IMG/VR virus record: IMGVR_UViG_3300042905_003454
Span: 6,960 to 70,959 of that record
Direction: 5' to 3' (one strand)
DNA length: 64,000 bases
Origin: a virus
Taxonomy: Duplodnaviria > Caudoviricetes
How positions within the stretch are numbered: the first letter of the stretch is position 1; each line of letters starts with the position of its first letter. Under the pieces are notes generated by a model. It was not told the DNA's origin and ran no database searches. It saw only the letters and a program-made list of their open reading frames with translations. Below, one piece after another: positions 46,011 through 55,730 of the stretch. Both the position numbers and the translations under genes were made by a program.

Positions 46011-46417
46011 AATAAGTTCCTGGTTTGTTTGGCGAATTCAATGTGTTGTCTTACAGATGCACTGTTTTCAAAAATTTCCTTGGTCATTCGCTTTCTATTT
46101 TCTGGATTCAATGACTCAAACAAACTTTTGATCAATTCCTTTTCATTTTCAGTAATATTTATAAGAGATTGATCTTTTAAAATTATTTTTCCCGTTTCAA
46201 AATTTTCCATAAAATGCAAAAAAGCATTTAGTTCAGGTGTTGCGTCAGTTGTCTCTGTTTTCTCAAAAAGACGATTTGACACCTCTTCTCTTACTGAGGC
46301 AATAGAATCATTCAACTTGACTGCCAAAGCCTGTTCGATGTTTTGCTTGAAGTATTCTTCATTCTCGGAAATCATTTCCTTGATGCCGTTTTTTAGAAGT
46401 GTTTTTGCGATATTCAT
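46007..46417 (-). CDS. prohead core protein (gp67/gp68-like)
   Basis: Helical and Glu-rich, ending FESLNPENRKRM; position between portal and protease. Confidence 0.55.
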   Translation of the reverse strand: MNIAKTLLKNGIKEMISENEEYFKQNIEQALAVKLNDSIASVREEVSNRLFEKTETTDATPELNAFLHFMENFETGKIILKDQSLINITENEKELIKSLFESLNPENRKRMTKEIFENSASVRQHIEFAKQTRNLL

Positions 46418-46419
46418 GA

Positions 46420-47988
46420 TTATCCTTCTGCTGGCGGTTCTTCTTGCCCCATTTGTGCCTGTTGTTGAGCCATCATTGCCAATTGTTCTTGCTGCATTCT
46501 CTGACGATCAATTTCCATGGCTTTGTCCATGACTTTCATTTCTTCTTCAGTTTGACGAAGAATATTCTTGCGAATGTACTCAGATGAGAAGTATTTGCCG
46601 ACATAAGGATCGACAAACGAGATCATTTTTAATCTTTCGGCCAAAATTTCTGCTTCTTTTAGATCCCAGAAATAATTGTCTGTATTGAAGATATAATTGA
46701 CATCGCCCTTCAGTTCACGCCAATCGTCATCTGTAATAACGCCTTTTAGAAGCAATTGAACGCGAAGCATGTCAGAAAATAACTTGGTAAAGTGGTGACG
46801 AATTCTGTCTATGAACTTGTAGAACTTTACTTCTTCTCTGGTGATCTCAACAGATCTGCCCATGTTGAATCCAGTAGATTCAGAAGTAAGTCTGCTGATT
46901 GGAACATTCAGAGAGTTGTATAATTTCTTCTTGAAATAATCAACGTCGTCTATCTGGGACATGGCTTGTCCACCCGGAAGAGTCGAAATTTCGGTCCCTC
47001 TTGAACCTTCACGACGGGGAAGCCAGTAATCCTCAAGCACGGAAAGATGGTTTCTTTCGTCACGAACTTCGCCAGTTGCTTGGTTATAGATTACACGGTT
47101 GCGGAAACGGCTCATCATGTCGCGCATGTACTGTTCGGCCTTTTGCTTTGGTAATTGTCCTACGTCAACATAGAACACTCGGCGTTCTGGTGCGCGGGCA
47201 ATGCGGTAAACTAGAAGAGCATCTTCTAGTTGTCTCAACATGTTCAGGGGTCGTATTGCCTTGTGAAGATAACCAAGAACCCGTTTTGTGTTGAGATCTA
47301 CAATCCCTGAAGGAACATAGACGATACTGTCCAAGGAAAGCTGAAGACCACCGGGGCCAGTCAACATGTATGATTCTTTGTCCGTATTTGTGTAAAGGTA
47401 ATATTCTTCGATATCCTTGATCAAGGAAATGGACTGTCCTTCAACACGTTCCATCTCTTTCTTTACTTTGCGAATCTTTTTGATTTTCAAAGGATCAACA
47501 GGAATAATTTCTTTAATTCCGTCTGTTGGTCTTTCCTTGTCGATTACCAAGTTGTAATAAATTTTTGAGTCGATGTACCAACGACGAAATATTTCATATG
47601 ATTTGTTGTTAAAGTCCAACAAATGCAGAATTCTGTCAAATTCTCTGTAAATTTTATTCTTGATAACATCTGATACCGGAAGATTGGCCAAATCAAGTTT
47701 GACAGGTCTTCTGTCTGTTCCCAAAACGATTGATGCATTTACGATTTCATCAATTGCATTGTCAACTTCGGGATAGATGGACATGTTTCGGTATTGAACA
47801 ACTGATGCGCTCTCGTCGCGCATAGAAGCCGCGTAATCAAGCGCAGTCCCAAAGAAACCCCCAGCCTCTACAGTTACGGTTCCATCGTAGATTTCAGGAG
47901 CAGTGAAAGATTGAAGTGTTTTTTCTTCTCTCTCCTGCTTTGGGGTTCTTTTCTTGCCGAATTCAAATCCAAATAATTCTAATTCCAT
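46420..47988 (-). CDS. gp20: portal protein
   Basis: PEVDNAI.EIVN, YRIARAPERRVFY.DVG.LPK.KAEQY, EDYWLPRREG. Confidence 0.97.
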   Translation of the reverse strand: MELELFGFEFGKKRTPKQEREEKTLQSFTAPEIYDGTVTVEAGGFFGTALDYAASMRDESASVVQYRNMSIYPEVDNAIDEIVNASIVLGTDRRPVKLDLANLPVSDVIKNKIYREFDRILHLLDFNNKSYEIFRRWYIDSKIYYNLVIDKERPTDGIKEIIPVDPLKIKKIRKVKKEMERVEGQSISLIKDIEEYYLYTNTDKESYMLTGPGGLQLSLDSIVYVPSGIVDLNTKRVLGYLHKAIRPLNMLRQLEDALLVYRIARAPERRVFYVDVGQLPKQKAEQYMRDMMSRFRNRVIYNQATGEVRDERNHLSVLEDYWLPRREGSRGTEISTLPGGQAMSQIDDVDYFKKKLYNSLNVPISRLTSESTGFNMGRSVEITREEVKFYKFIDRIRHHFTKLFSDMLRVQLLLKGVITDDDWRELKGDVNYIFNTDNYFWDLKEAEILAERLKMISFVDPYVGKYFSSEYIRKNILRQTEEEMKVMDKAMEIDRQRMQQEQLAMMAQQQAQMGQEEPPAEG

Positions 47989-47994
47989 GATTTA

Positions 47995-48531
47995 TCACCT
48001 ATTTGTTATTCTCTGACCGTAACTCTGAATTTCCATTTGATCAAATACAATCATTACTTGGAATGATGCAAATGAATTGGGGGCACTCATATTTAGGCTT
48101 AATTGGCCAACTTGTGTTGGCCAGCAGCCATATAGAATAAAGGTCTTCAAAACATTTTCATCGTTCATGTCAAGATGATTGACAGTCCAGTTGTTGGCCT
48201 TGTAAGTTGTTGCTTGATTGATTAACGAAGATACGTTTGTTTCGTTATTGTTTATTCGATTTTGCCAAGTTTGGAATGCATGCCAAAGATTTTTGTCACC
48301 AGTATCATCAAGAACCGTAAAAACCCAAGTTGAGTATTGTTTTTCACCGGGATAGTGAAACTTTCTTCCAAAAAAATCATATGTCATTGTTGTTGACATT
48401 ACTTGTGGAAGAATGGTTGCTCTTACGTGATATGGCGTAAAAGTTTGATTTGCAAAAGGAATATTGCCAGTTATCAAAAATCTGTTTGATCTGGTTCCAC
48501 CGAAGAAGTTTGTCTTGAATTCATTTAACAT
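47995..48531 (-). CDS. gp19: tail tube protein paralog 2
   Basis: GG.RSNRF, F.GRK....G, W..TV.DD, GCWPT.V. Confidence 0.8.
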   Translation of the reverse strand: MLNEFKTNFFGGTRSNRFLITGNIPFANQTFTPYHVRATILPQVMSTTMTYDFFGRKFHYPGEKQYSTWVFTVLDDTGDKNLWHAFQTWQNRINNNETNVSSLINQATTYKANNWTVNHLDMNDENVLKTFILYGCWPTQVGQLSLNMSAPNSFASFQVMIVFDQMEIQSYGQRITNR

Positions 48532-48534
48532 ATG

Positions 48535-49065
48535 TTACATTCCTTGAATTTTTATGTTGTCATATGTCAATGTGACGGAAAAAGAAACAAATTCTTGTTG
48601 ACCCATATCTAAAGCAATTTCACCAACAACGCTTGGCCAACATTTGTACAACCAAATTCTTCTTAAAACTTGATTATTATTTACATCTAAATGATCTATT
48701 TGCCATGTAGTTTGCAAGTTTTTATATGAATAATCATTTTGATGAACTTCGTGTGTCCAGTGTCCATCCAATCTCTCTTTCCAAGTTTGAAATGCACGCC
48801 AAAGATTTTGGGAATTACCATCGTCGTAAACTCCGATGACCCATGGACTGTATTGCCGATCTCCTGCAAAATTTACCATTCTCCCTCTATATGGGACGCT
48901 AATCGTGTTGACCGTCACGGATGGCAAAGATGCAGAAACAATTTTAAACCGGGCATCTGTAAGGGGTGGAGCGATTCCAGCAGGCCATTGAGGTAAAACA
49001 GTAAAACGGTTGGGTCTTGTCCCACCATTAAAGTTTGTTTTGAAATCTGAAATCGTATTTGCCAT
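48535..49065 (-). CDS. gp19: tail tube protein paralog 1
   Basis: GG.RPNRF, ASLP, VPYRGR....AGDR, KCWPS.V, F.VT..YD. Confidence 0.88.
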   Translation of the reverse strand: MANTISDFKTNFNGGTRPNRFTVLPQWPAGIAPPLTDARFKIVSASLPSVTVNTISVPYRGRMVNFAGDRQYSPWVIGVYDDGNSQNLWRAFQTWKERLDGHWTHEVHQNDYSYKNLQTTWQIDHLDVNNNQVLRRIWLYKCWPSVVGEIALDMGQQEFVSFSVTLTYDNIKIQGM

Positions 49066-50342
49066 TATTGTGTGTAACTAAATTCAAGCAAGAAAGATTC
49101 AGTGCCTATTATTGGTTTAGCAACAACATCAATCTTGAGTGTGCTGGAATTGTCTTCGTTGTTTGTTCCATTGCACACAATTTCCGTCTTTGATGTATCC
49201 AGATAAGGATTGAATGGATCAATAGCAGTTTGAATTTCGCTTGTAACTTGATCTCTTGTGGTTGCATTATTAATGTCAAAGACATATTTGAAAGCAACAT
49301 TGTTGATTGCTTGCATGATAGCAAGTTTCAATTTTGCTGGACCAATTCGGTCGTCTACTGTTACAATGCCATTGGCTGCAGCCGTTGCACCAACCAAGTC
49401 TGCACCCAAGAATTTTTCATTTGCATTTACAAAGAAATTGACCTTGTTAGATCTTAGAGTGTTCTTAAGAGTATCAGACCAATTTATGGGATTGATTACA
49501 TCTCCATTCAATATAGTAGAACGATCTAAACCAGCAACGGTCAAATACAATTCATTTCTATTTTTTGCTCTTGCAAAGAATCCTGCAACATCTGAAGTTG
49601 ATGGAATTGTGTAAGTAATTTCTGAATTTGCTTGAAGCAATGGTACATCGATGTTTCTGGTAATCAAACCTAAAACATTAAAGTATTTGATTCCTTGTGT
49701 CATGCCATTTGCGAGAGAACCAATTGTTGCAGCAAAATTTGCCATCGTGTATCCAGCACCACTTACACCAGTTGAGTCTGGACGAGATGGAAATATTCCT
49801 GTAATGTATTCTTGAGTAGTAACCCAAGAAATCATGTCTGGATCTAGTACGGGATCTACAGCGACATCAAATGCAGAAGTTGGATTATCTTGAAGATATT
49901 TGTTAAATCCAGCAACTTGTCCTGCGATAACCAATGTACCACCGTATGCCAAATAACTTATTGCATTCAAAAATTGATTGCCGATGGTTGTGGGATTTAC
50001 TGTAGTCGAAGATGCCGACTTGAAGAACGACCATGTCCCACCTGATAAATTTGGATACAACAAAGCATTTGTCACACCATCCAATCTATTCAAATCTTGA
50101 ACTAAATCTGATGGATTGGTATAGGCAATGTATAGGTCGCCAGTGTTTCCTTTTGCAGGAGAAAATGAAGTTCTTGCATAAATTAACCAACCAAACAAAC
50201 CGCCCGGATCAAAACACACACCATCTGTGTCGAATTGTGGTGCTCTGTAGCCCGTTCCAGTACGCATTGCCCCAATAAATGGAACTGAAATTATTTCTCT
50301 GTTATATTGGTTTGAGCTAATAAATGAACTGAGTGATGGCAT
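49065..50342 (-). CDS. gp18: divergent, short tail sheath protein
   Basis: YLAYGG.L, DVAG.FAR, AG..R, VFDINNA.TR, VCN.TNN, KP; position between gp17 and gp19. Confidence 0.75.
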   Translation of the reverse strand: MPSLSSFISSNQYNREIISVPFIGAMRTGTGYRAPQFDTDGVCFDPGGLFGWLIYARTSFSPAKGNTGDLYIAYTNPSDLVQDLNRLDGVTNALLYPNLSGGTWSFFKSASSTTVNPTTIGNQFLNAISYLAYGGTLVIAGQVAGFNKYLQDNPTSAFDVAVDPVLDPDMISWVTTQEYITGIFPSRPDSTGVSGAGYTMANFAATIGSLANGMTQGIKYFNVLGLITRNIDVPLLQANSEITYTIPSTSDVAGFFARAKNRNELYLTVAGLDRSTILNGDVINPINWSDTLKNTLRSNKVNFFVNANEKFLGADLVGATAAANGIVTVDDRIGPAKLKLAIMQAINNVAFKYVFDINNATTRDQVTSEIQTAIDPFNPYLDTSKTEIVCNGTNNEDNSSTLKIDVVAKPIIGTESFLLEFSYTQ

Positions 50343-50375
50343 GATATCCCTTTTTATCTAAAATATTTAGAATTT

Positions 50376-52037
50376 TTATGTGGGATACCAAACAACCCCT
50401 CCTTGAGAAAATGGCTCTTTGTCATCAAGTTCATCTTTGTTATCCATCATAAAAAGCACATTGTCATCTTCCGGCTTCTGCGCATCCTCATAATTAAATT
50501 TTGCGCTTTCAATTAGATCAGCATAATATTCTTGTCTTGAAAGCCAAGCAAAGAACACCAAGGACATCACCAAGTCATCATTATGACCTTCTTCTGCCTT
50601 GTAAGTATTTGCCTTTGAGACAAATGTGAACAGTTCAGAAATTATTCTTTCATCGTTTAGTAAAATTTTATCTTCTTCTATTAATCTTTTTAAAATAGCG
50701 CAGCCTAATTTTTTGGTCTGTGTTGTGGTTCTCAGACCCATTTCACTTCTTCCAGATGATGCAAATCCTTGCGACAAAATTTGTCCTTTTCGACCCATCA
50801 TTCTTGTCATGAGGACATTTTCATAACCCAAATCATTGTAAAGAATCGAAGAAACTTGACCACCAATGTCATTTGTTTCGATCAAAGCGTATGCGTTATT
50901 GTATTGTTCACATATTTTTTTGATAATAGTGGGGAAATTAAATGGACTGATTGTATTGTTTCTAAAAGTTGCAACAACTTTATATGGAGATGATGTGCCG
51001 TCAATCATCGTAAAGGCAGAAAAATCTGATCCTTGCCCCCTAGAAACGTCAGCCTGCAAAAAGTAAATTTTGTCTTTATCGGGTTTTCCAAATACTCTTA
51101 ATCCTTCTTTATCTTCTTCCAAATACTCTTCTGGAGCCAATACATTTAATTTTGAAGTTGATATAAGAGTATTAGATGAACCCAAAAAACTACAGCCATA
51201 TTCCTGCTCAAACTGTTCTGGGCTTGTGTTTGCAATTTGCTCAGTGGCCCATTCATCATCTCTTAATTTGGGGCTTCCGGGGCTGATGGGAGTTTCACGC
51301 CAACTCACCTCAACTGGAACGAACATGTTTTTTAACTTGTGCCCTTGGTTTCTGTTTGCATCAACCCAAAGTTTATGAAAATGATTCATTCCATTTGGTG
51401 TGGAAACAATGATAAGTTTGGTCGTAGTACCAGCCGAAATGGTTGGGTATGTAGATGTATAGAATTCTTCTGCTACATGGCTTGGCAAGAAGGCGTACTC
51501 GTCCAACAGGAGCAAGTTATATGAGCCGCCACGGATCGCTGTAGACGATGTAGCGTCGCACATGACCCTGGAGCCGTTTTCCAATTTAAAACTCGTCTTA
51601 TTCCATTCTACGACTCCTTGTTGCAGGAAATGTGGTAAATTTTCATAAGCAAGTTGAAGTTTGGAAAACAATTCTTCCTTTGCCGTCTTCAAACGGTTTG
51701 CTAGAATTGCAACGTTTACGCTTTGGTTGAAAGTGACATAGTGGCAAATATAACTGGTCACACATGTAGACTTACCGCACTGGCGAGGCCACTTGGATAT
51801 TACGAATCGATTTTTATGCAATTCGTTTATAAATTTTTTCTGATATGGATAAAGTTTAAATGGAACAACACCTTTATCCAAAGTTTTTACTTTTATGTAT
51901 TTTTCACAAAAGTAAACAGGATCGTTTGCACATTTCACATATTCCTCAAACTCCTCTTTGGTGTATTGCATTTCCACACCGGGGAGTTTGAGTTTTGAAT
52001 TGTTTCTATATCCCTGATTATTGTTGTTTCGGTTCAT
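50376..52037 (-). CDS. gp17: terminase large subunit
   Basis: PRQCGKST, IRGGS, LDEYAF, STPNG.NHF, DVSRG.G.D.S, HNDDLVM. Confidence 0.97.
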   Translation of the reverse strand: MNRNNNNQGYRNNSKLKLPGVEMQYTKEEFEEYVKCANDPVYFCEKYIKVKTLDKGVVPFKLYPYQKKFINELHKNRFVISKWPRQCGKSTCVTSYICHYVTFNQSVNVAILANRLKTAKEELFSKLQLAYENLPHFLQQGVVEWNKTSFKLENGSRVMCDATSSTAIRGGSYNLLLLDEYAFLPSHVAEEFYTSTYPTISAGTTTKLIIVSTPNGMNHFHKLWVDANRNQGHKLKNMFVPVEVSWRETPISPGSPKLRDDEWATEQIANTSPEQFEQEYGCSFLGSSNTLISTSKLNVLAPEEYLEEDKEGLRVFGKPDKDKIYFLQADVSRGQGSDFSAFTMIDGTSSPYKVVATFRNNTISPFNFPTIIKKICEQYNNAYALIETNDIGGQVSSILYNDLGYENVLMTRMMGRKGQILSQGFASSGRSEMGLRTTTQTKKLGCAILKRLIEEDKILLNDERIISELFTFVSKANTYKAEEGHNDDLVMSLVFFAWLSRQEYYADLIESAKFNYEDAQKPEDDNVLFMMDNKDELDDKEPFSQGGVVWYPT

Positions 52038-52467
52038 TCACAGCCTCTGCCTCAACTATATCTTTATCTGTACTTCTTTCCTTGTTTATCAAATTTTGCA
52101 GATCTTTGGTAGACCCAACAAAGACAGAATTGTTTGTCTGCTTGACTTCAACCTTCGTACCAGTTGTGTCCTTTGCTTTTTTATGGACATCCAGCACATT
52201 GTTGTTTAGATCAGCCATTGTCTTCAACAGAATGGCAACAACTTCAAATGCTCTTGGGCTATCTGATTCAGTGGCTACTTTCAAAGCACTTTCCAAGGCA
52301 ACATTTCCACTACCGATAAGTGACTTCAAATTATCTTGTACCAATGCATAATCTTTTTGAAAATTGGCAGTATCAAAAGTTCCACCAGATTGAGGTGGTT
52401 TATCCAAAGAACTATTTTGTCCTTCGGGGACATTGAAAAGTTTTGCCAAATTTTTATTAATATTCAT
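52018..52467 (-). CDS. gp16: terminase small subunit
   Basis: DY.....NL, A.ESDSPRAFEV, NN.VFVGST.DLQ. Confidence 0.9.
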   Translation of the reverse strand: MNINKNLAKLFNVPEGQNSSLDKPPQSGGTFDTANFQKDYALVQDNLKSLIGSGNVALESALKVATESDSPRAFEVVAILLKTMADLNNNVLDVHKKAKDTTGTKVEVKQTNNSVFVGSTKDLQNLINKERSTDKDIVEAEAVNEPKQQ

Positions 52468-52469
52468 GT

Positions 52470-53132
52470 TTAATCTAATGTAAAATCAACGCTTTCGGCA
52501 ACCTGATTAATTGTGGTGACATTTGAGACACCGCCAAAGATGTAAGATTTTGCAACAAAATTAAAAGATGCTATATGCAATCTTCTGCTGTTAAAATCTC
52601 CTTCATATTTATCAGTCAGGTTATTGGATACCATCACAATCGGAATGTTTATTGGATCACCCGAATCAGTCAAAGAAATTTTGATGATGTGGTCTGGCAC
52701 AAAAAAAGGAATAATTTGCTCCACTATTTGCAGCATATCATCGATATGTCTTGTATATGCAAAAAGATTTATTCCGACATTTACTGGTTGTTCATTTGCT
52801 ATTTGGGTTCCAGTATTGTTGCAACCAGCACCACTTGGAGATAAAGCAATAGCTGAAGAAAAACGAGCACGCCGTCTTGATGGATCTGGTACAATGCTGT
52901 TTACATGATAACTTATTCTTGGTAATTGATTTTCTATCCTGGTTCCATCTGTGATAGATGAGGGATTTAAAAGGCGTTGAATAAATTTTTCTTGAGAAGC
53001 ATATGTAATTGGAACTCTTAATGTAGTATTTGGACCAGTTTCATTGTCATGCGAAACATAAATGTTGTTGAACAATGTTCCGAATCCAACCACCAGTTTT
53101 CTGAGACTTTTGTTGTAATAATATCCAAACAT
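52470..53132 (-). CDS. gp15: tail sheath stabiliser/terminator
   Basis: RK.VV.FGTLFNNI, VPI.YA..EKF..RL, LPRIS, QIVEQI.PFF.P. Confidence 0.92.
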   Translation of the reverse strand: MFGYYYNKSLRKLVVGFGTLFNNIYVSHDNETGPNTTLRVPITYASQEKFIQRLLNPSSITDGTRIENQLPRISYHVNSIVPDPSRRRARFSSAIALSPSGAGCNNTGTQIANEQPVNVGINLFAYTRHIDDMLQIVEQIIPFFVPDHIIKISLTDSGDPINIPIVMVSNNLTDKYEGDFNSRRLHIASFNFVAKSYIFGGVSNVTTINQVAESVDFTLD

Positions 53133-53141
53133 TGTTTACCT

Positions 53142-53804
53142 TTATGAGTCGCAATTGCTTGCTGGGTTATTTGAGTCAAATTCGTAAATTGCAGCCTCTT
53201 CATCCAAAATGTCATTAATACCAGCCGTTGTTCCAAGAATGTTATTCAAAGGAATCATAGTGCTACCGGAGAATCCAAATGTAGATGTGTAAGGTGAATT
53301 TACGGCAGGACTTGGAGTTGTAATCTTTTCGTAACTGTATGTGAAGAGTTCTGCCGTTATCTGGTATGAATACAAGCGACCTAACGGGTATAGGGGGTTT
53401 TCGTGTTCTACGAAGTTAATTTCGAATAATGACTTTGACAGAGGAAAGTATATCAAGTCTCCTTCGCGTGGACGAGTGATGGTTGGGTCTGCAACAGTAA
53501 CTTGTTCTCGGAATCGTCTTCTGGCCATAAGCAAGGAAATTTTATCCTTGATTTCAATTCCAAATTGAGTTATTACATCGGTCCCCTCAAATCCTTTGTA
53601 TGATTGAATATACATTTCAAGAGTATATGCTTTTTCAAAAAAAGATGTAGGATCTTCACCAAACAAACGATCTATGTTTAGTGCTTTTCTTGGAACATAA
53701 AGACAATCTTGTCCAACCCCTTGAATCAATTCTACAGTGATATCCTCAACAAGATTTTGTTCTGAGGTGTATGATGTAAGATTGATATAAGGGTTTATTG
53801 CCAT
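53142..53804 (-). CDS. gp14: neck protein
   Basis: EQ.LVED...E.I, Y.PR, FGED..S.F, RPREGDLIYFP, FEI.FVEHE.P. Confidence 0.93.
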   Translation of the reverse strand: MAINPYINLTSYTSEQNLVEDITVELIQGVGQDCLYVPRKALNIDRLFGEDPTSFFEKAYTLEMYIQSYKGFEGTDVITQFGIEIKDKISLLMARRRFREQVTVADPTITRPREGDLIYFPLSKSLFEINFVEHENPLYPLGRLYSYQITAELFTYSYEKITTPSPAVNSPYTSTFGFSGSTMIPLNNILGTTAGINDILDEEAAIYEFDSNNPASNCDS

Positions 53805-53807
53805 GTA

Positions 53808-54635
53808 TTAACCGATCAATGGATCTACTGGTAGTTCATATACCTTCAGCAATTCGGCTTCGACTTCTGCAATTTCTTTCATTGCTTCCTGCATTATTGC
53901 AGGGGCATTTAATTGAGCACCACCCGGAAGTGGGACTCCAGCAAACTTCATTAAGTTTTGTGCCCACTGCCTCTTAAGCAATGCTGCAAAATACTTTTTA
54001 AATATTCTGTCTTCCCAAACCCTATCAAATTTGTCAGAATCTATTTTTACATATGCCTCAATAAGAAGATAGTTTTTTCCATTCAAATTGCTGTAATCTG
54101 TATCCAAAAACAGTCTTTGTGTTGTCTTTGTAAAGGTATAAGACATTGGATAATTAAAGACATCATTGATTAGTTTTACATAAGACATTGCTTCCATGTA
54201 TGCGGCCATGGGAGCAGATGGATAACCAGACTGATTGAAATAAAGACCAAAGAAGTCAAATAAGGTCATCTGATAACGAAGGTCAAACATATAGTCACCG
54301 ACTTGGTTGTCGGCAGCGTAAACTTTGGTTACAGAAACAATATCTTGACCTGTTGGATAATAAGAAGTCACGCCACTACTATCAGTTCTTATTTGAGCAC
54401 CCAATGCAGGACCAAATGTGCTGGTGTCAAAATAATTCCGAGCAATGTCTTGGGGTTGCATTTGATAAGCAAACAGAGCTCTTTGGTTGAAATCAAAGTG
54501 CCTTTCTTCCATGTATTTCAGAGCCTCATCCAAGCGATCCTCAACTTGTTGTGGATCGACATTTATTTGGATTACTGGGGCACCCAAGGATCTTAAGGTG
54601 TAATCGATGAATTCTTGGCGAGACGTAATAGGCAT
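53808..54635 (-). CDS. gp13: neck protein
   Basis: LR.LGAPVI.INV...QVEDR, ALLKRQW..NL.KF.GV.LPGG. Confidence 0.94.
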   Translation of the reverse strand: MPITSRQEFIDYTLRSLGAPVIQINVDPQQVEDRLDEALKYMEERHFDFNQRALFAYQMQPQDIARNYFDTSTFGPALGAQIRTDSSGVTSYYPTGQDIVSVTKVYAADNQVGDYMFDLRYQMTLFDFFGLYFNQSGYPSAPMAAYMEAMSYVKLINDVFNYPMSYTFTKTTQRLFLDTDYSNLNGKNYLLIEAYVKIDSDKFDRVWEDRIFKKYFAALLKRQWAQNLMKFAGVPLPGGAQLNAPAIMQEAMKEIAEVEAELLKVYELPVDPLIG

Positions 54636-54646
54636 GTTAAAAATAT

Positions 54647-55093
54647 TTATGAATCTTCAATAAGATTGTTTATTTCCTCAGCAATTTTCTCTTGAAGTGG
54701 GTTTGTGCCTATGGTTATTTGAATCAAAGCGAGGCTTTGGGGATCAAAATCCTCTATTTTCTTTTTTCTATCTCTTATTTCATCTGTATAAAAATTTGGA
54801 TCGTAGTTCGTGAATCCTGGCATCTTCATCGGACATTCCAGTCTCGGATAGTCCAGTTTAGAGTATTCGTTGGAATCCTTTATCAGCCAAGTTCGTTTGC
54901 TGTCTCCACAACCACATTTCCCACAGTAATGGTTTTTCTTGTTTTTGCTCAAAAATAAGTGTGGGCATGGTGAAATATCTGCATGTCCAAAACAAGACAA
55001 AACTCTCAACTGTTTGGTCTGTTCATCAATTTTTTTAGAAGATATTCCCCGAGAAGCCAGCGCAGCAGCAAACATCACCATTTTTTTAAACAT
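54647..55093 (-). CDS. Cys-rich putative metal-binding protein
   Basis: SC, CPH, YCGKCGC and ECP motifs. Confidence 0.6.
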   Translation of the reverse strand: MFKKMVMFAAALASRGISSKKIDEQTKQLRVLSCFGHADISPCPHLFLSKNKKNHYCGKCGCGDSKRTWLIKDSNEYSKLDYPRLECPMKMPGFTNYDPNFYTDEIRDRKKKIEDFDPQSLALIQITIGTNPLQEKIAEEINNLIEDS

Positions 55094-55094
55094 A

Positions 55095-55730
55095 TCACTT
55101 CACTCCATAAATTACACTCATACCTGCAGGAAATACATGTTGGTCCAAAAATGCTTTATAATTTTTAATTATATCTTGATATTGTGAAGACACGTTAACC
55201 TGAATTACGCAAGAATTGGCTGTATACACTTCAAGACCGTCCCAATCAATACCTAACAAATTACAAATCAAATACTTTATTCCTTGTGGTGTTCCTTTTT
55301 GATTGCTGTAATCCGGATCTATTTTTATCAAAAATTTACGCAAATTGGGAAGAATTGATTTCAAGGGTTCTTGAGAAAAATCTGCTCCGGGGAAATAAAA
55401 ATCAGCATAGGCTTCCAAAAAAATTGAATTGGTAAATAAAGAACTCCGCAACGTTTCCCAATTTAATTGTGCGCCATATCCATATTCCAAGGAAAGCAGC
55501 CATCTAAAATAGTTTTTAATAATTGGGATGACCAAAACATTAGATGGATTTTCTTCATATGCGCGCATTATCCACGTTGGAAATAATGCTTGAACTGTAA
55601 GATTGTCTCCAAACCAGTTTTGATTTTGCAGATCAAAATAATCAGAACCGTAAAGTTCTTGTGCTCTTTGAAGCAATTTTTGAATCTTTACAGATTCGGT
55701 AACAGGTTGATTATTAAAAAATAGAATCAT
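55095..55730 (-). CDS. short baseplate wedge protein (gp7-like)
   Basis: P.W, Y..WL, KGT..GI.Y, H..PAGM motifs; follows gp6. Confidence 0.55.
   Translation of the reverse strand: MILFFNNQPVTESVKIQKLLQRAQELYGSDYFDLQNQNWFGDNLTVQALFPTWIMRAYEENPSNVLVIPIIKNYFRWLLSLEYGYGAQLNWETLRSSLFTNSIFLEAYADFYFPGADFSQEPLKSILPNLRKFLIKIDPDYSNQKGTPQGIKYLICNLLGIDWDGLEVYTANSCVIQVNVSSQYQDIIKNYKAFLDQHVFPAGMSVIYGVK

Noticed and set aside
1476-52037. Inteins, introns or homing endonucleases in pol, terminase, uvsW or portal
   Set aside because: The ORFs are uninterrupted and of normal or short length; no splice or HNH/GIY-YIG motifs seen
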